Shown here in pieces: positions 18,194 to 29,772 of a DNA stretch of 64,000 nucleotides; the stretch's first letter is position 1, and each line of letters begins with the position of its first letter. The translations under genes and the position numbers were made by a program. A model generated the notes under the pieces. The model was not told the DNA's origin, ran no database searches, and worked only from the letters and a program-made list of their open reading frames with translations. The stretch is from Candidatus Saccharimonadales bacterium (GTDB lineage: Bacteria; Patescibacteriota; Saccharimonadia; Saccharimonadales; 2-12-FULL-41-12): positions 273,965 through 337,964 of the forward strand of contig JANWLD010000001.1 of NCBI GenBank assembly GCA_025451045.1. The letters run 5' to 3'.

Positions 18194-18265
18194 CTCATGC
18201 TTGCCCGGTAGTGAGCTTTTGAGACCTTCTCGGCCAAGTGGCCGGGAAGCTAATCTCCGAGGCAG
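18194..18265. repeat. 72-bp inverted repeat, right copy. It is the reverse complement of 16770..16841.
   Basis: There is one mismatch in 72 nt. In the sense of the downstream + strand gene, that mismatch converts a C-G pair of the 10-bp hairpin into a U-G wobble. Confidence 0.9.
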
Positions 18266-18276
18266 TAATCGCCATA

Positions 18277-18807
18277 ATGCAAGAAACCAATATAGGAGTA
18301 AAGGCCTGGGTAGAAGGTCATTGGCCGGAACTCGCAGATGCTGAACCCGGCGCTTCTTTTGATCAAACCGTCCAGAATTTTGTATTTGAAAATCCTGAAC
18401 TTGTGACGAGTGGAGATGACCGGGATATTCAGAAAACTCTTGGCGGTGTTCTTAGAGAATGGGTTATCGACGACTGGATAAATAACACCGCGCTTTCGGC
18501 CTTAGACGGTGTCATAGCTCGGAACTATCCTGAAAATCAAAAGAAAAGGATAAGAGAAATTGTACAAGACCGGGATTTAAGAGTTACATCTTTGGGCCTG
18601 GCTCCTAAAACTATTGTTAAATCAGATAATATCCTGACTCCGGAATCCGATGCGAGAAGTTATGGTATGGCCACTGGTAAATTAAAGTTCGTATTAATCG
18701 AAGATGGTGGCTTGATATTGCAACCTAAAAAAGAAGGCTTTTGGTTCGTAAACGTGTTGGATAAAGAAACGGATGAACCCTTAGTAGAGTTGGAAGTCGT
18801 AGAATAA
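18277..18807 (+). CDS. hypothetical protein. The ORF track gives a GTG start at 18238 inside the repeat; I prefer the ATG at 18277.
   Basis: The ORF is about 177 aa with no recognisable motif. GAGG lies 14 nt upstream of the ATG. Confidence 0.45.
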   Translation: MQETNIGVKAWVEGHWPELADAEPGASFDQTVQNFVFENPELVTSGDDRDIQKTLGGVLREWVIDDWINNTALSALDGVIARNYPENQKKRIREIVQDRDLRVTSLGLAPKTIVKSDNILTPESDARSYGMATGKLKFVLIEDGGLILQPKKEGFWFVNVLDKETDEPLVELEVVE

Positions 18808-18851
18808 TCTATTGCCTGAGTAATATCACCTCTGTTACACTTAGTTAAATA

Positions 18852-19895
18852 ATGTCAGACAAAAAACCTTCGTTGGTTAAAATTTATGCAATCTCAACCC
18901 TGATATCGGTTGCCTTGATTGCTTTCGTTGGCGTCAAGGCGGGCTTGTCAGCACTGATTATAGTATTGGTTTTGGTGGCTCTTGAAATAACCTTCAGCGT
19001 TGACAATGCTGTTGTTAACACTCGAATACTTCAGAAAATGAGTCCGGGTTGGCAGCAGGCTTTTTTGACGGTCGGTATCTTCATAGCCGTTTTCATAGTA
19101 AGGGTGCTTCTGCCTATATATATAGTCGTGTGGGCTTCTGGATTATCGTTCCACACAGTTACTGATTTGGCGCTGAACCACCCGGAAGAATACGGCCACA
19201 TGCTTGAAGAAGCACATCCGGTCATTGCCAGCTTCGGCGGCGTGTTCCTGCTGATGATTTTTCTTGATTTCTTTTTTGAGCGCCGCCGGACCAAATGGCT
19301 GGTCAAGATTGAAACACTACTGCAAAACGCTGGCAAATTGGAAAGCCTGAGCGTGATAATAGCGCTGGGCGTTATTTTGGGTATGGCAAACCTTGTCGGC
19401 GGACATGAACAGCAGGTTATTCTAACCAGCGGCGCAATCGGGCTGTTGACTTATCTGGTTATCAATTCGTTAGACACACTGCTTGAAAAAACCAGAAAAA
19501 GCGGCGGCGTCAGCTCGGTAGCTAAAACCGGATTCAAGGCCGGGTTAATCGGCTTTTTGTACCTGAATGTAGTCGATGCCAGCTTTAGCTTGGACGGCGT
19601 CATCGGTGCTTTCGCCATAACCAACCAGATATTATTGATAGCCGTTGGTCTGGGCATCGGCGCGCTGTACGTGCGGGTGCTGACCCTGCATATGTTGCGC
19701 CACGGCGTGCTGGAACAGTATAAATACATGGAACATGGCGCCCACTACGCTATCGGTATTTTGGCGTTTATCATGCTACTTTCACTCAGGTTTGAAATCT
19801 CTGAATTCGTGGCCGGACTTGCCGGGGTAATTTTCATAATCACAGCCGTTGGCCAGTCATATCTTGAGTCTAAACGGCAGGGGAACCCGGCATGA
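18852..19895 (+). CDS. DUF475 family integral membrane protein
   Basis: LEITFSVDNAVVN...MSPGWQQAFLTVGIF and a second half DASFSLDGVIGAFAIT match the two-repeat DUF475/COG2899 pattern. Multiple TM helices are predicted. Confidence 0.6.
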   Translation: MSDKKPSLVKIYAISTLISVALIAFVGVKAGLSALIIVLVLVALEITFSVDNAVVNTRILQKMSPGWQQAFLTVGIFIAVFIVRVLLPIYIVVWASGLSFHTVTDLALNHPEEYGHMLEEAHPVIASFGGVFLLMIFLDFFFERRRTKWLVKIETLLQNAGKLESLSVIIALGVILGMANLVGGHEQQVILTSGAIGLLTYLVINSLDTLLEKTRKSGGVSSVAKTGFKAGLIGFLYLNVVDASFSLDGVIGAFAITNQILLIAVGLGIGALYVRVLTLHMLRHGVLEQYKYMEHGAHYAIGILAFIMLLSLRFEISEFVAGLAGVIFIITAVGQSYLESKRQGNPA

Positions 19896-21331
19896 AATAT
19901 TTCATAACTACCTCGATACCATATATCAACGGCGAGCCGCACATTGGTCACACTTATGAACTGCTAGCCGCCGACGTACTGGCGCGCTATGCCCGCTCAC
20001 GTGGCAAAAAAGTAATTCTAAGCACCGGTACGGACGAACACGGCGGCAAAAACGAGGAAAAGGCGAAAGAACTCGGCAAATCGGTCAAGGAATACGCTGA
20101 CGAAATGAGCCAGCGTTGGCGCGAACTCGGTCCGCTGGTGAACATGAGTAACGACCGTTTCATCCGTACGACTGACCCGGGCCACGAACAACGGGCGGCT
20201 TTGATTTGGAAAACTTTATCCAAATTCATTTACAAAGGCAAATACAGCGGCTGGTACTGTACCGGCTGCGAAGCTTTTGTAACCGAATCCACTGCCAAAG
20301 CAAACAAAGGGACTTGCCCGATCCATAACCGTCCTTATGAAAAGATTGAAGAAGATAATTATTTTTTCAAACTCTCAAGCTTTTCCAAACAAATCAGCGA
20401 GGCGATTACTTCTGGAACTTTCCGGATCATTCCTACCACCCGCAAAAACGAGGTACTCGGCATATTAAAAGAGGGCTTGGAAGATATAAGTATCTCGCGT
20501 CCCAAAGAAAAAATTTCGTGGGGCATAGCAGTTCCGGACGACCCGGCTCAAGTAATGTATGTTTGGTTTGAGGCGCTGATGAACTATATAACCGTTCTGG
20601 GTTATCCGGAACATCCGGATTTTAAAGAATTCTGGCCGGCAGACGTGCAGGTTATCGGCAAAGATATTTCGCGCTTCCACGCGCTAATCTGGCCCGGCAT
20701 GCTGTTCGGCCTTGGCATCGCATTGCCTGAACTTCTCTACGTCCACGGCTTTATAAATATTGAAGGCAAAAAAATCAGCAAGTCGCTAAATAATGTTATC
20801 CATCCTAAAGAAGTCATCGACAAACATGGTGTCGACGCTTTCCGCTACTATATCCTGCGCCACACGCCAAGCTATGATGACGGTGATTTCACATGGGAAA
20901 AATTCGAGGCCGCCTACAATGGCGAGCTGGCTAACGAGCTGGGAAATGCCGTTAGCCGAACCGAAGCGATGATCATCAGGTACCAAAGGGGTTTAATCGG
21001 CGACATTCCACCGTCCGAGCACGACAGCGCAGGGTATCATAAATACTTGGCTGACTGCCGGTTTGACCGCGCGCTGGAGGAAGTCTGGGAGCAGGTCAGG
21101 GGCCTGAACCAGTACATTGACGAGCAGAAGCCGTGGGAAATTGCCAAATCAAAAGACGAGGAGCACTTGCGCCAAGTATTGGCTTATATGTGTAGCGACT
21201 TGCTGCAAATCGCCGAACTGTTATTGCCATTTTTGCCGGAAACATCAGCCAAAATTAAGGATATCTTTGGCACCGGCATAATCAAGCCGACCAAGGGGAC
21301 TCTCTTTCCTAAGACGATTCAACAGAAATAG
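19892..21331 (+). CDS. metG: methionyl-tRNA synthetase
   Basis: The HIGH motif reads PYINGEPHIGHTYE and the KMSKS motif reads KISKSLNNVI. A Zn knuckle CTGCEAFV...CPIH is present. Confidence 0.92.
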   Translation: MKYFITTSIPYINGEPHIGHTYELLAADVLARYARSRGKKVILSTGTDEHGGKNEEKAKELGKSVKEYADEMSQRWRELGPLVNMSNDRFIRTTDPGHEQRAALIWKTLSKFIYKGKYSGWYCTGCEAFVTESTAKANKGTCPIHNRPYEKIEEDNYFFKLSSFSKQISEAITSGTFRIIPTTRKNEVLGILKEGLEDISISRPKEKISWGIAVPDDPAQVMYVWFEALMNYITVLGYPEHPDFKEFWPADVQVIGKDISRFHALIWPGMLFGLGIALPELLYVHGFINIEGKKISKSLNNVIHPKEVIDKHGVDAFRYYILRHTPSYDDGDFTWEKFEAAYNGELANELGNAVSRTEAMIIRYQRGLIGDIPPSEHDSAGYHKYLADCRFDRALEEVWEQVRGLNQYIDEQKPWEIAKSKDEEHLRQVLAYMCSDLLQIAELLLPFLPETSAKIKDIFGTGIIKPTKGTLFPKTIQQK

Positions 21332-21333
21332 CC

Positions 21334-22149
21334 ATGGCCGGTTTAGTCGACACCCATTGTCATATCCATGCGGCAAACAGCAACCGCCAGGATTACACGG
21401 CCAAAAAATGGCAGGAGGCCGAAGAAACAGATCCGGACGCACTTATAAAATCTGCCGAAATCGCAGGCGTTGGCAGGCTGATATGCGTCGGTACTGACTT
21501 GAACGATAGCCGAGAAGCTGTAAATTTTGTCCAAACCCGTGGCAACTGCTGGTCGTCTGTCGGCGTTCACCCCCATGAAGCCCAGAAATTCTTATCAGAA
21601 CACAAAGACTTATCCACCTTTGAGGAATTATTAAAAGAACCCAAGATAGTGGCGTTGGGGGAGGTAGGACTGGATTATTACTATGAACATTCGCCGAAGG
21701 CCGAACAGATTAAACTTTTGGAGATGTTTTTGCAGCTGGCGCGTGAAAATAAATTGCCGGTAATCTTCCATATCCGCGAGGCTTTTTCCGACTTTTGGCC
21801 GATTTTAGACAATTTTGGGGCTGTTAGGGGAGTTTTGCATAGCTTCACGTCTAATACGGCTGACCTTGACAAAGCACTAAATAAAGGGCTTTATACCGGC
21901 TTAAACGGCATAATGACCTTTACTAAGGACGAAAATCAGCTGGAAATGGCCAAAAAAGTGCCTTTGGACAGGTTGCTTCTCGAAACAGACGCCCCATATC
22001 TGGCGCCAAAGCCGTATCGCGGCCGAATCTGCAAACCTGAATATGTGAAAGAAACGGCTGAATTTCTAGCAGAACTTCGAGGTGAGAAATTCGAAGAACT
22101 GGCAAATGCTACCACCGAAAATGCCAAACTGCTTTTTGGCTTAAGGTAA
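21334..22149 (+). CDS. TatD-family metal-dependent hydrolase (DNase)
   Basis: VDTHCHI, GEVGLDYY, the HSF motif and the ETDAPY motif are present. Confidence 0.85.
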   Translation: MAGLVDTHCHIHAANSNRQDYTAKKWQEAEETDPDALIKSAEIAGVGRLICVGTDLNDSREAVNFVQTRGNCWSSVGVHPHEAQKFLSEHKDLSTFEELLKEPKIVALGEVGLDYYYEHSPKAEQIKLLEMFLQLARENKLPVIFHIREAFSDFWPILDNFGAVRGVLHSFTSNTADLDKALNKGLYTGLNGIMTFTKDENQLEMAKKVPLDRLLLETDAPYLAPKPYRGRICKPEYVKETAEFLAELRGEKFEELANATTENAKLLFGLR

Positions 22150-22524
22150 AGGTTGCTGGCTGTCTTGTATCTCGGCTTGCACGCAGTCGAACAGTTTTTT
22201 CGCTAGATGGTTTGCTGGCATAAAATCACTTTTGAAATCTTCATACCGCGCCGTTTCTGCTTCTGAACCGGGTCCTAAGTCTAATTCATCGATCATTTGA
22301 GCACGTTCGGTGGCATAATTCCCGATTGAACTGGCCGCAAAACCGGGCGAGTCAGGGAGCCCACCTGTACAGTAATTGGTAGTGTTTTCCAATGCGTCAC
22401 TGTATGCTAAGTACAACCCATTATAATTCGCAGTTGAATTATCAGATCCGCCGCATCCGGCTACAAGGGCCGCGGCGCTCAGGCCAGTAGCTAGCATAGC
22501 TTCAAATTTGTTTGGCAGTCTCAT
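22141..22524 (-). CDS. hypothetical lipoprotein
   Basis: The signal peptide has a lipobox LVAGC. Confidence 0.5.
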   Translation of the reverse strand: MRLPNKFEAMLATGLSAAALVAGCGGSDNSTANYNGLYLAYSDALENTTNYCTGGLPDSPGFAASSIGNYATERAQMIDELDLGPGSEAETARYEDFKSDFMPANHLAKKLFDCVQAEIQDSQQPLP

Positions 22525-22610
22525 AAGCTCCTAACTTTCCCACCCCTTTAATATAAGGTATACTATAAACCCATAACTATGTTCTGTCAATTGAGAAGTA
22601 AAATTAAATA

Positions 22611-23756
22611 GTGAACAAAAAAGCCATATATCTTGATTATGCGGCGGCCACGCCGATGGACGAAGCTGTTATTAAGGCGATGGAGCCGTATTTTATGGGT
22701 AAATTTTATAATCCGGCGGCAAACTATCTGTCGGCAAAGTCGGTAAAAGATGAGATAACCGAAGCTAAAAAAAGCGTAGCCGCCCAACTGGGAGCTAAGC
22801 ATACCGAAATCATCTGCACTTCCGGCGGTACAGAAGCCAACAATCTGGCAATTTCCGGCGTAATGGACAAATTCCCGCGCAAAAAGGTGCTAGCAAGCAA
22901 TATCGAACATGAATCGGTTTTGAAACCGGCCGAAAAATATGACCATAGCTTAATACCGGTTGATAAACGCGGAGCTATCAAGCTAGAATCATTAAAAAAA
23001 CTGATAACCAACGACGTTGTCCTAATAAGCGTGATACTGGCCAGCAACGAAACCGGCGCGGCCCAGCCGATTCGAAAAATCGCCGAGCTTATCAAGCAAG
23101 TCAGAAAGTCCCGACGAGCGAACGGTATCGGTTTGCCACTTTACCTGCATAGCGATGCCTGCCAGACGCCTTGTTATATGGATATCAATACCAACCGTTT
23201 AGGTGTTGACCTCTTAACGCTCAACGGCGGTAAGATTTATGGTCCCAAAGGCTCCGGAGTATTATTCGCCAAAACCGGGGTTGAGCCAAAGCCGCAAATT
23301 CTTGGCGGCGGACAACAGCAGAACCGGCGTAGCGGCACTGAAAATCCGGCCGCGGCCGCGGGCTTTGCCAAAGCACTGGAAATTGCTTCCGGCAAGCGAA
23401 AAGATGAGGCTGCAAGATTGGAAAAACTGCGTGCACAATTCGTTGAAGGCTTATTTAAAACCAATCCAAAAATCGTAATAAACGGCCATCCAAAGCAGTG
23501 CGCGCCGCATATCCTGAGCGTAACCTTTCCCGGCGCGGATAACGAACGCTTGTTATATCAGCTGGAAGAGAAAGGAATATTAGCCGCTGCCGGCTCGGCT
23601 TGTAGTGCCGCCTCGGACGAACCATCGCACGTGCTTAGGGCAATGGGCATATCCGACACCGATGCCCGCAGCTCTCTGCGTTTTAGTTTTGGCCGCGCTA
23701 CCACGTCGGCTGATATAAAACACCTGCTTGAAATACTTGGCAATCTGATTGCTTAA
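22611..23756 (+). CDS. cysteine desulfurase (class V aminotransferase, IscS/NifS family)
   Basis: The N-terminus reads IYLDYAAATP. The PLP-lysine region is present, and the catalytic Cys loop reads AAGSACSAA. Confidence 0.88.
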   Translation: MNKKAIYLDYAAATPMDEAVIKAMEPYFMGKFYNPAANYLSAKSVKDEITEAKKSVAAQLGAKHTEIICTSGGTEANNLAISGVMDKFPRKKVLASNIEHESVLKPAEKYDHSLIPVDKRGAIKLESLKKLITNDVVLISVILASNETGAAQPIRKIAELIKQVRKSRRANGIGLPLYLHSDACQTPCYMDINTNRLGVDLLTLNGGKIYGPKGSGVLFAKTGVEPKPQILGGGQQQNRRSGTENPAAAAGFAKALEIASGKRKDEAARLEKLRAQFVEGLFKTNPKIVINGHPKQCAPHILSVTFPGADNERLLYQLEEKGILAAAGSACSAASDEPSHVLRAMGISDTDARSSLRFSFGRATTSADIKHLLEILGNLIA

Positions 23757-24645
23757 AGAAATAACTAAGCGGTATAATCATAAGCGAAATCAATCTATAT
23801 TATTTATGCAAAAAACAAACATTAAAAACCGCTTCCTTTCCAAACTGCTGGCGTTTGCCGGGCTGTTGGTATTAATAAGCCTGAGTATTGCCGGTTCGCT
23901 GGCTGCCCAAAGTATAAACCAAGGCTACAAATCCGATGAAACCCTTCCAAATGGCACGCTGGTCAAACAAAAAGATAACGATGCTACGAAGGTTGAAGCA
24001 CTCAGCCAGGAAAGACTGCGCGACCTCAAGGGCATAGTTGTATCTGAAAATGATTCACCGGTAGTCATTGTGGGCAAGGACCAAAATGTCTTTGTGGCCA
24101 ATGACGGTACGCATATGGTACGGGTTAGTAATGAGAACGGAGCTATCAAACAAGGCGATTACCTCAGCATTTCATCGATAAAGGGCGTTGCTATGAAAGC
24201 GAATGATGAACAGCCGATAGTCCTTGGCCGCGCTGCCAGCGGATTTGATGGCGAAAAAAACGTTTTAAGTACCGTTAACCGAAAATCTGACAACAAGCCG
24301 ATTAAACTCGGCCAGGTAGATGCCTATATTGTCATCGGCGCTAATCCGTTTTTGAAGAAACCGCCGCCGCAGACAGTGCCTAAGTTGCTAAAAAATGTCT
24401 CTAACGAAGTCGCTGGCCGGCCGGTCAGCAATGCCCGCATTTGGCTGGCTTCAATAATATTTTTGGCTACCACTATTGTAACCGGGATTATGATTTACGG
24501 CGGTGCGAAAAGCAGTCTTCAGGCGATGGGCCGTAACCCGCTATCCAAAGCATCGATTCTGCGCGGCCTATTGCAGGTAGTAATATTAGGACTGATTGTT
24601 TTCATATGCGGTATATTTGGGGTATATTTACTACTAAAGCTTTAA
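23749..24645 (+). CDS. secreted protein with a C-terminal ATP-synthase c-subunit-like helical hairpin. The likely start is the ATG at 23806.
   Basis: There is a signal peptide MQKTNIKNRFLSKLLAFAGLLVLISLSIAGSLAA, followed by a soluble domain of about 190 aa. The C-terminus then reads TM-GGAKSSLQAMGRNP-TM, which aligns with the c-subunit loop GG..ARQP and helix 2 (LLR...GL...G.Y). The position of the conserved Asp/Glu is Ile. Confidence 0.55.
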   Translation: MLKEITKRYNHKRNQSILFMQKTNIKNRFLSKLLAFAGLLVLISLSIAGSLAAQSINQGYKSDETLPNGTLVKQKDNDATKVEALSQERLRDLKGIVVSENDSPVVIVGKDQNVFVANDGTHMVRVSNENGAIKQGDYLSISSIKGVAMKANDEQPIVLGRAASGFDGEKNVLSTVNRKSDNKPIKLGQVDAYIVIGANPFLKKPPPQTVPKLLKNVSNEVAGRPVSNARIWLASIIFLATTIVTGIMIYGGAKSSLQAMGRNPLSKASILRGLLQVVILGLIVFICGIFGVYLLLKL

Positions 24646-24667
24646 GCGTGGAAGAAGGGGCGGGCAA

Positions 24668-25291
24668 ATGATACAAGACCATGCTGGTACGATTCTGATA
24701 GTCGGTTCATTACTGGCTGCGACCTTGGCTTTTATTTGGATGGCTATTCGTCTTGGCAGTCCATCAACCGGCAAAAATAATGAAGACAGCATAAAAACCG
24801 TTGCTGAAAACGCTGTCGAGCAGATATTTAACGACGAATTTCGAGAAGAGCTGAGGAACCGCGGCCGGTTGCATTTTGAAAAAATAATCGGCGAAAATGC
24901 CATGTTCCTGCAACAGGATTTACGGCTTACGACATCGCAGGTCAACGAATTTATGAAACAGGAAATTACCAAGACGCTTAAGGAAGCGTTTTCGACGTAC
25001 GAACAATCAATTCAAGACGCCAAGAATACCGCGCTGGATTCCATAAACAAAACCAGGGTTGCGGTGGAAGAACAGGGACAGGTGATGAAACAACAACTGA
25101 CTGAAACTATGGAAAAGGAAAAACAGGATTTGATTAACCGTTTTGAGGCCAACATGGCCGAGATAGTCAACCATTATGTAATCGGAGCTATCGGCAATCA
25201 GATAGATTTGGAAGACCAGCTGGAATATATTCTGAGTGAACTGGAGCATAACAAACAGGCGATTATTGATGATATCAAGTCCGGAGCGTGA
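24668..25291 (+). CDS. atpF: F-type ATP synthase b subunit (probable)
   Basis: There is a single N-terminal TM helix followed by a long charged coiled coil. The gene sits immediately upstream of delta. Confidence 0.55.
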   Translation: MIQDHAGTILIVGSLLAATLAFIWMAIRLGSPSTGKNNEDSIKTVAENAVEQIFNDEFREELRNRGRLHFEKIIGENAMFLQQDLRLTTSQVNEFMKQEITKTLKEAFSTYEQSIQDAKNTALDSINKTRVAVEEQGQVMKQQLTETMEKEKQDLINRFEANMAEIVNHYVIGAIGNQIDLEDQLEYILSELEHNKQAIIDDIKSGA

Positions 25292-25809
25292 CAATGACTG
25301 AGAAAAAACCCAACAAAAAACCCGTTGAAACCGTTAAGTTCAAACTAACACCGGAAGTAGTCACCAACCAAGACTTAAGCCGGGCCATTCATGAGGTTGA
25401 AAAACTGGATGAATTTTTATACCAAGCCCATCTTAGAAAAGCTGCTTCGCGCGACAGTCTGCCTAAGACTACCGTAACCCTGGAGAAGCTAGCTGAGGCC
25501 AACAATCTTTCGTTGACCAATGCAGAAGATCGCAAACAGCTTATCAATCATCTGCGCGAGCTGAAAATGCGCGGCAAGAAGCTTCATATAAGCTTCGCTG
25601 TTGAACCTTCTCCGGCCGTTGTTCAGAAAATAGTACTGTGGATGAGACAGAACATCCATCAGGAGATTTTAGTGGATATCGGTATCCAGCCGGCTATTTC
25701 CGTCGGCTGCGTGGTACGGACTACCAACAAAGTGTTCGACATGAGTTTGCGGCATCGGTTTGATGATAGCCGGACGATGTTATCCGGCCTGCTGGAGAAA
25801 AGTTCGTGA
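25288..25809 (+). CDS. atpH: F-type ATP synthase delta subunit (OSCP)
   Basis: The C-terminal pattern ISFAVEPSPAVVQKIV...VDIGIQPAISVGCVVRTTNKVFDMSLR matches delta. It is in operon context. Confidence 0.7.
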   Translation: MTMTEKKPNKKPVETVKFKLTPEVVTNQDLSRAIHEVEKLDEFLYQAHLRKAASRDSLPKTTVTLEKLAEANNLSLTNAEDRKQLINHLRELKMRGKKLHISFAVEPSPAVVQKIVLWMRQNIHQEILVDIGIQPAISVGCVVRTTNKVFDMSLRHRFDDSRTMLSGLLEKSS

Positions 25810-27233
25810 GTTCGCAGGCGCATTTCGACAGTTTGGTCAAAAGCGGCCAGCCGGTCGGTGAAGTTATCGGCGCGGATAAGTTTTTAGTCCGAATAAAAGG
25901 GCTAAACCCGATAAACCTCCATGCGCTCGTACTGTTTGCCGACGGTTCCAAGGGCTTTGTTAAACAAATAGATGCTGACAGTGTCTTCGTCCTGCATCTA
26001 AGCAACAAAAACATAGCTATCGGGACGCTGGCTGTAGCGCAGCACGACAAACTGGTCTGCCGCGTTGGTAAAAATTTTATCGGCCGGGTAGTTTCCATCA
26101 GCGGGCATCCTCTGGATGGCAAAGGACCAATTGTTGCCGATAGCGTTTGGCCGGTTTTCAACGAGGCCCCGACGCTATATTCCAGAAAACTGCTCGAGAC
26201 ACAGCTGGAGAGCGGCGTAACTACAATTGATTCAATCTTCCCGCTGGTCAGAGGCCAGAGAATAGCGGTAATCGGGGATAGCAAATCCGGCAAAACAGCG
26301 CTGGCAACTCAGTTGACCATCAACCAAAAAAATACCGGGCAGATTGTCGTTTACTGCTTGATAGCCAAACGCAAAAGCGATGTAGACACTTTGCTTAGCC
26401 GCTTGGAGGCCACCAGTTCGCTGAAAAATTCCATAGTAGTGGTTTCGACTATGTTTGATTCGTTGATATCAACTTATCTAGCTCCGTACATCGCTTGTTC
26501 TATGGCCGAATACCTGTGGCAGAAATCTAACCAGGATACGATAATTATCTACGACGATTTAACCAGCCACGCCCATGCCTACCGGGAAATCTCGCTATTA
26601 TCCGGTGTTAGCCCGGGTCGGGATTCCTACCCCGGCGATATGTTTTACGCGCACTCCAGTTTACTCGAGAGAGCCGGCCGTCTAAACAGTACCGGCAATT
26701 GCCTGACAGCGGTACCGATAGTACTGGCCAGCAGCGGCGATATTACCGCCTTTTTGCCGACCAATATCATGTCGATTACCGATGGGCAGTGGATATTGGA
26801 CATGAATGTTTTCAGGAGCGGCGTCAGACCGGCAATTAATACTGGTCTGAGTGTGACTAGGGTCGGCGGCGTTGGCCATAACAAGATTCAAAAAGAACTG
26901 GCCGCGAAAACCCTTAAACTATTGGCAGAATACCGTCAGGCTGAAGAATTTTCACGTTTTGGCTCGGAACTTACCGAAGAATCCAAACTAGTACTTAAAA
27001 AAGGCAAGGATATGTTCTCGCTATTAACCCAGAGTCCGGTTGATGTCTACGGCTTGGTAACTCAACAGTTGATGCTGGACATTGTCTTAAATCAACAGGC
27101 CGAAGAGAAAATCGACGTCAACAGCCTGAAGAATATGGCGGCGGAATTTGCTTCTAAAGTCCAGAAAGAATCTGATTATGAACCCAGCCGCGAAAAACTT
27201 AAACGCCAGATATTGGTAGGTGCAAAAAAATGA
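25806..27233 (+). CDS. atpA: F-type ATP synthase alpha subunit (divergent)
   Basis: The P-loop reads GDSKSGKTA, and the nucleotide-binding core and C-terminal helical domain are present. The sequence is divergent from the canonical GDRQTGKT. Confidence 0.85.
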   Translation: MSSQAHFDSLVKSGQPVGEVIGADKFLVRIKGLNPINLHALVLFADGSKGFVKQIDADSVFVLHLSNKNIAIGTLAVAQHDKLVCRVGKNFIGRVVSISGHPLDGKGPIVADSVWPVFNEAPTLYSRKLLETQLESGVTTIDSIFPLVRGQRIAVIGDSKSGKTALATQLTINQKNTGQIVVYCLIAKRKSDVDTLLSRLEATSSLKNSIVVVSTMFDSLISTYLAPYIACSMAEYLWQKSNQDTIIIYDDLTSHAHAYREISLLSGVSPGRDSYPGDMFYAHSSLLERAGRLNSTGNCLTAVPIVLASSGDITAFLPTNIMSITDGQWILDMNVFRSGVRPAINTGLSVTRVGGVGHNKIQKELAAKTLKLLAEYRQAEEFSRFGSELTEESKLVLKKGKDMFSLLTQSPVDVYGLVTQQLMLDIVLNQQAEEKIDVNSLKNMAAEFASKVQKESDYEPSREKLKRQILVGAKK

Positions 27234-28096
27234 CCAGACTGACTGAAATAGAAAGAGAAACCGAAGCGATGTCGGCTCTAGTAGAATTAACTGGCGTCTT
27301 CGAAGGCATCGCCAGCCTGCAGATAGCCAGAGTTAAAAATCAGGTTTTGCAATCTACCCAGTTTTTCAAGGAGCTATGGTCTATTTATTCACAGTTGCGG
27401 GTAGACAGTCTGTTCCGCTATGGCCGCGGTTCCCACCACCCCAAAGTCAGCAACAAAGAACTGGTAATAGTCATAACTTCGGAAGGCGGATTCAGCGGCG
27501 ATATTGACCAGCGTGTTGTACAGCTTATGCTGGCAAATTATAACCCCGGCAAACAAGACATCATTGTCATCGGACGTCATGGCGTTACTCAATTGAACCA
27601 ACGCTCAGTCCCTATAAAAAAATATTTCGTTTTGCCAAAAAAAGATCAAAATATCAACACCGCGCCGATTACCAATTACATTCAACAGTATTCCAACACA
27701 GTCGTTTACTATCAGGAGTATGTTTCACTGATGAACCAGGCCGTAAAGTCGATATCAATAAATGCGGTAGTAGCCGAAATCGGCAGCAGGTCCGAAGAGC
27801 TGGAAAACGTAATCAGCGAAGAAACCTATATCTTCGAGCCAAGTACTCATGCTGTTGTCGGCCATTTGGAGCGCTCAATGCTAAAGATTGCTATCAGCCA
27901 GTTAATATTGGAGTCCAAACTGGCACAATATGCCAGCCGGTTTAGGGCTATGTCCGCTTCCCATCAAGCGGCTGACGACAGCCTTTATACGGCGCGGCTT
28001 AAATACAACCGGACAAAACGTTCCATAAAGGATGATCGAATAAAAGAAACTATCAACGGTATGAAAAAATCACAGATGAACAGAGGGGGCAATTAG
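27230..28096 (+). CDS. atpG: F-type ATP synthase gamma subunit (divergent)
   Basis: It sits between alpha and beta. The N-terminal helix reads IASLQIARVKNQV. The length of 288 aa fits. Confidence 0.65.
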   Translation: MTRLTEIERETEAMSALVELTGVFEGIASLQIARVKNQVLQSTQFFKELWSIYSQLRVDSLFRYGRGSHHPKVSNKELVIVITSEGGFSGDIDQRVVQLMLANYNPGKQDIIVIGRHGVTQLNQRSVPIKKYFVLPKKDQNINTAPITNYIQQYSNTVVYYQEYVSLMNQAVKSISINAVVAEIGSRSEELENVISEETYIFEPSTHAVVGHLERSMLKIAISQLILESKLAQYASRFRAMSASHQAADDSLYTARLKYNRTKRSIKDDRIKETINGMKKSQMNRGGN

Positions 28097-29664
<1,568 letters not shown>

Positions 29665-29704
29665 AAGACCAAAAAAATCTGTTCCGAAAATTCCGCCAAA
29701 AATT

Positions 29705-29723
29705 AGACGGCCGTCTGAATTTT
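29705..29723 (+). terminator. possible terminator after atpC (AGACGG/CCGTCT hairpin followed by GAATTTT)
   Basis: A perfect 6-bp palindrome is followed by a short T-run. Confidence 0.35.
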
Positions 29724-29772
29724 GACGGAGATTAATTGAAGCAGAATCAATTGTGTCGGATAATAAGTAACT

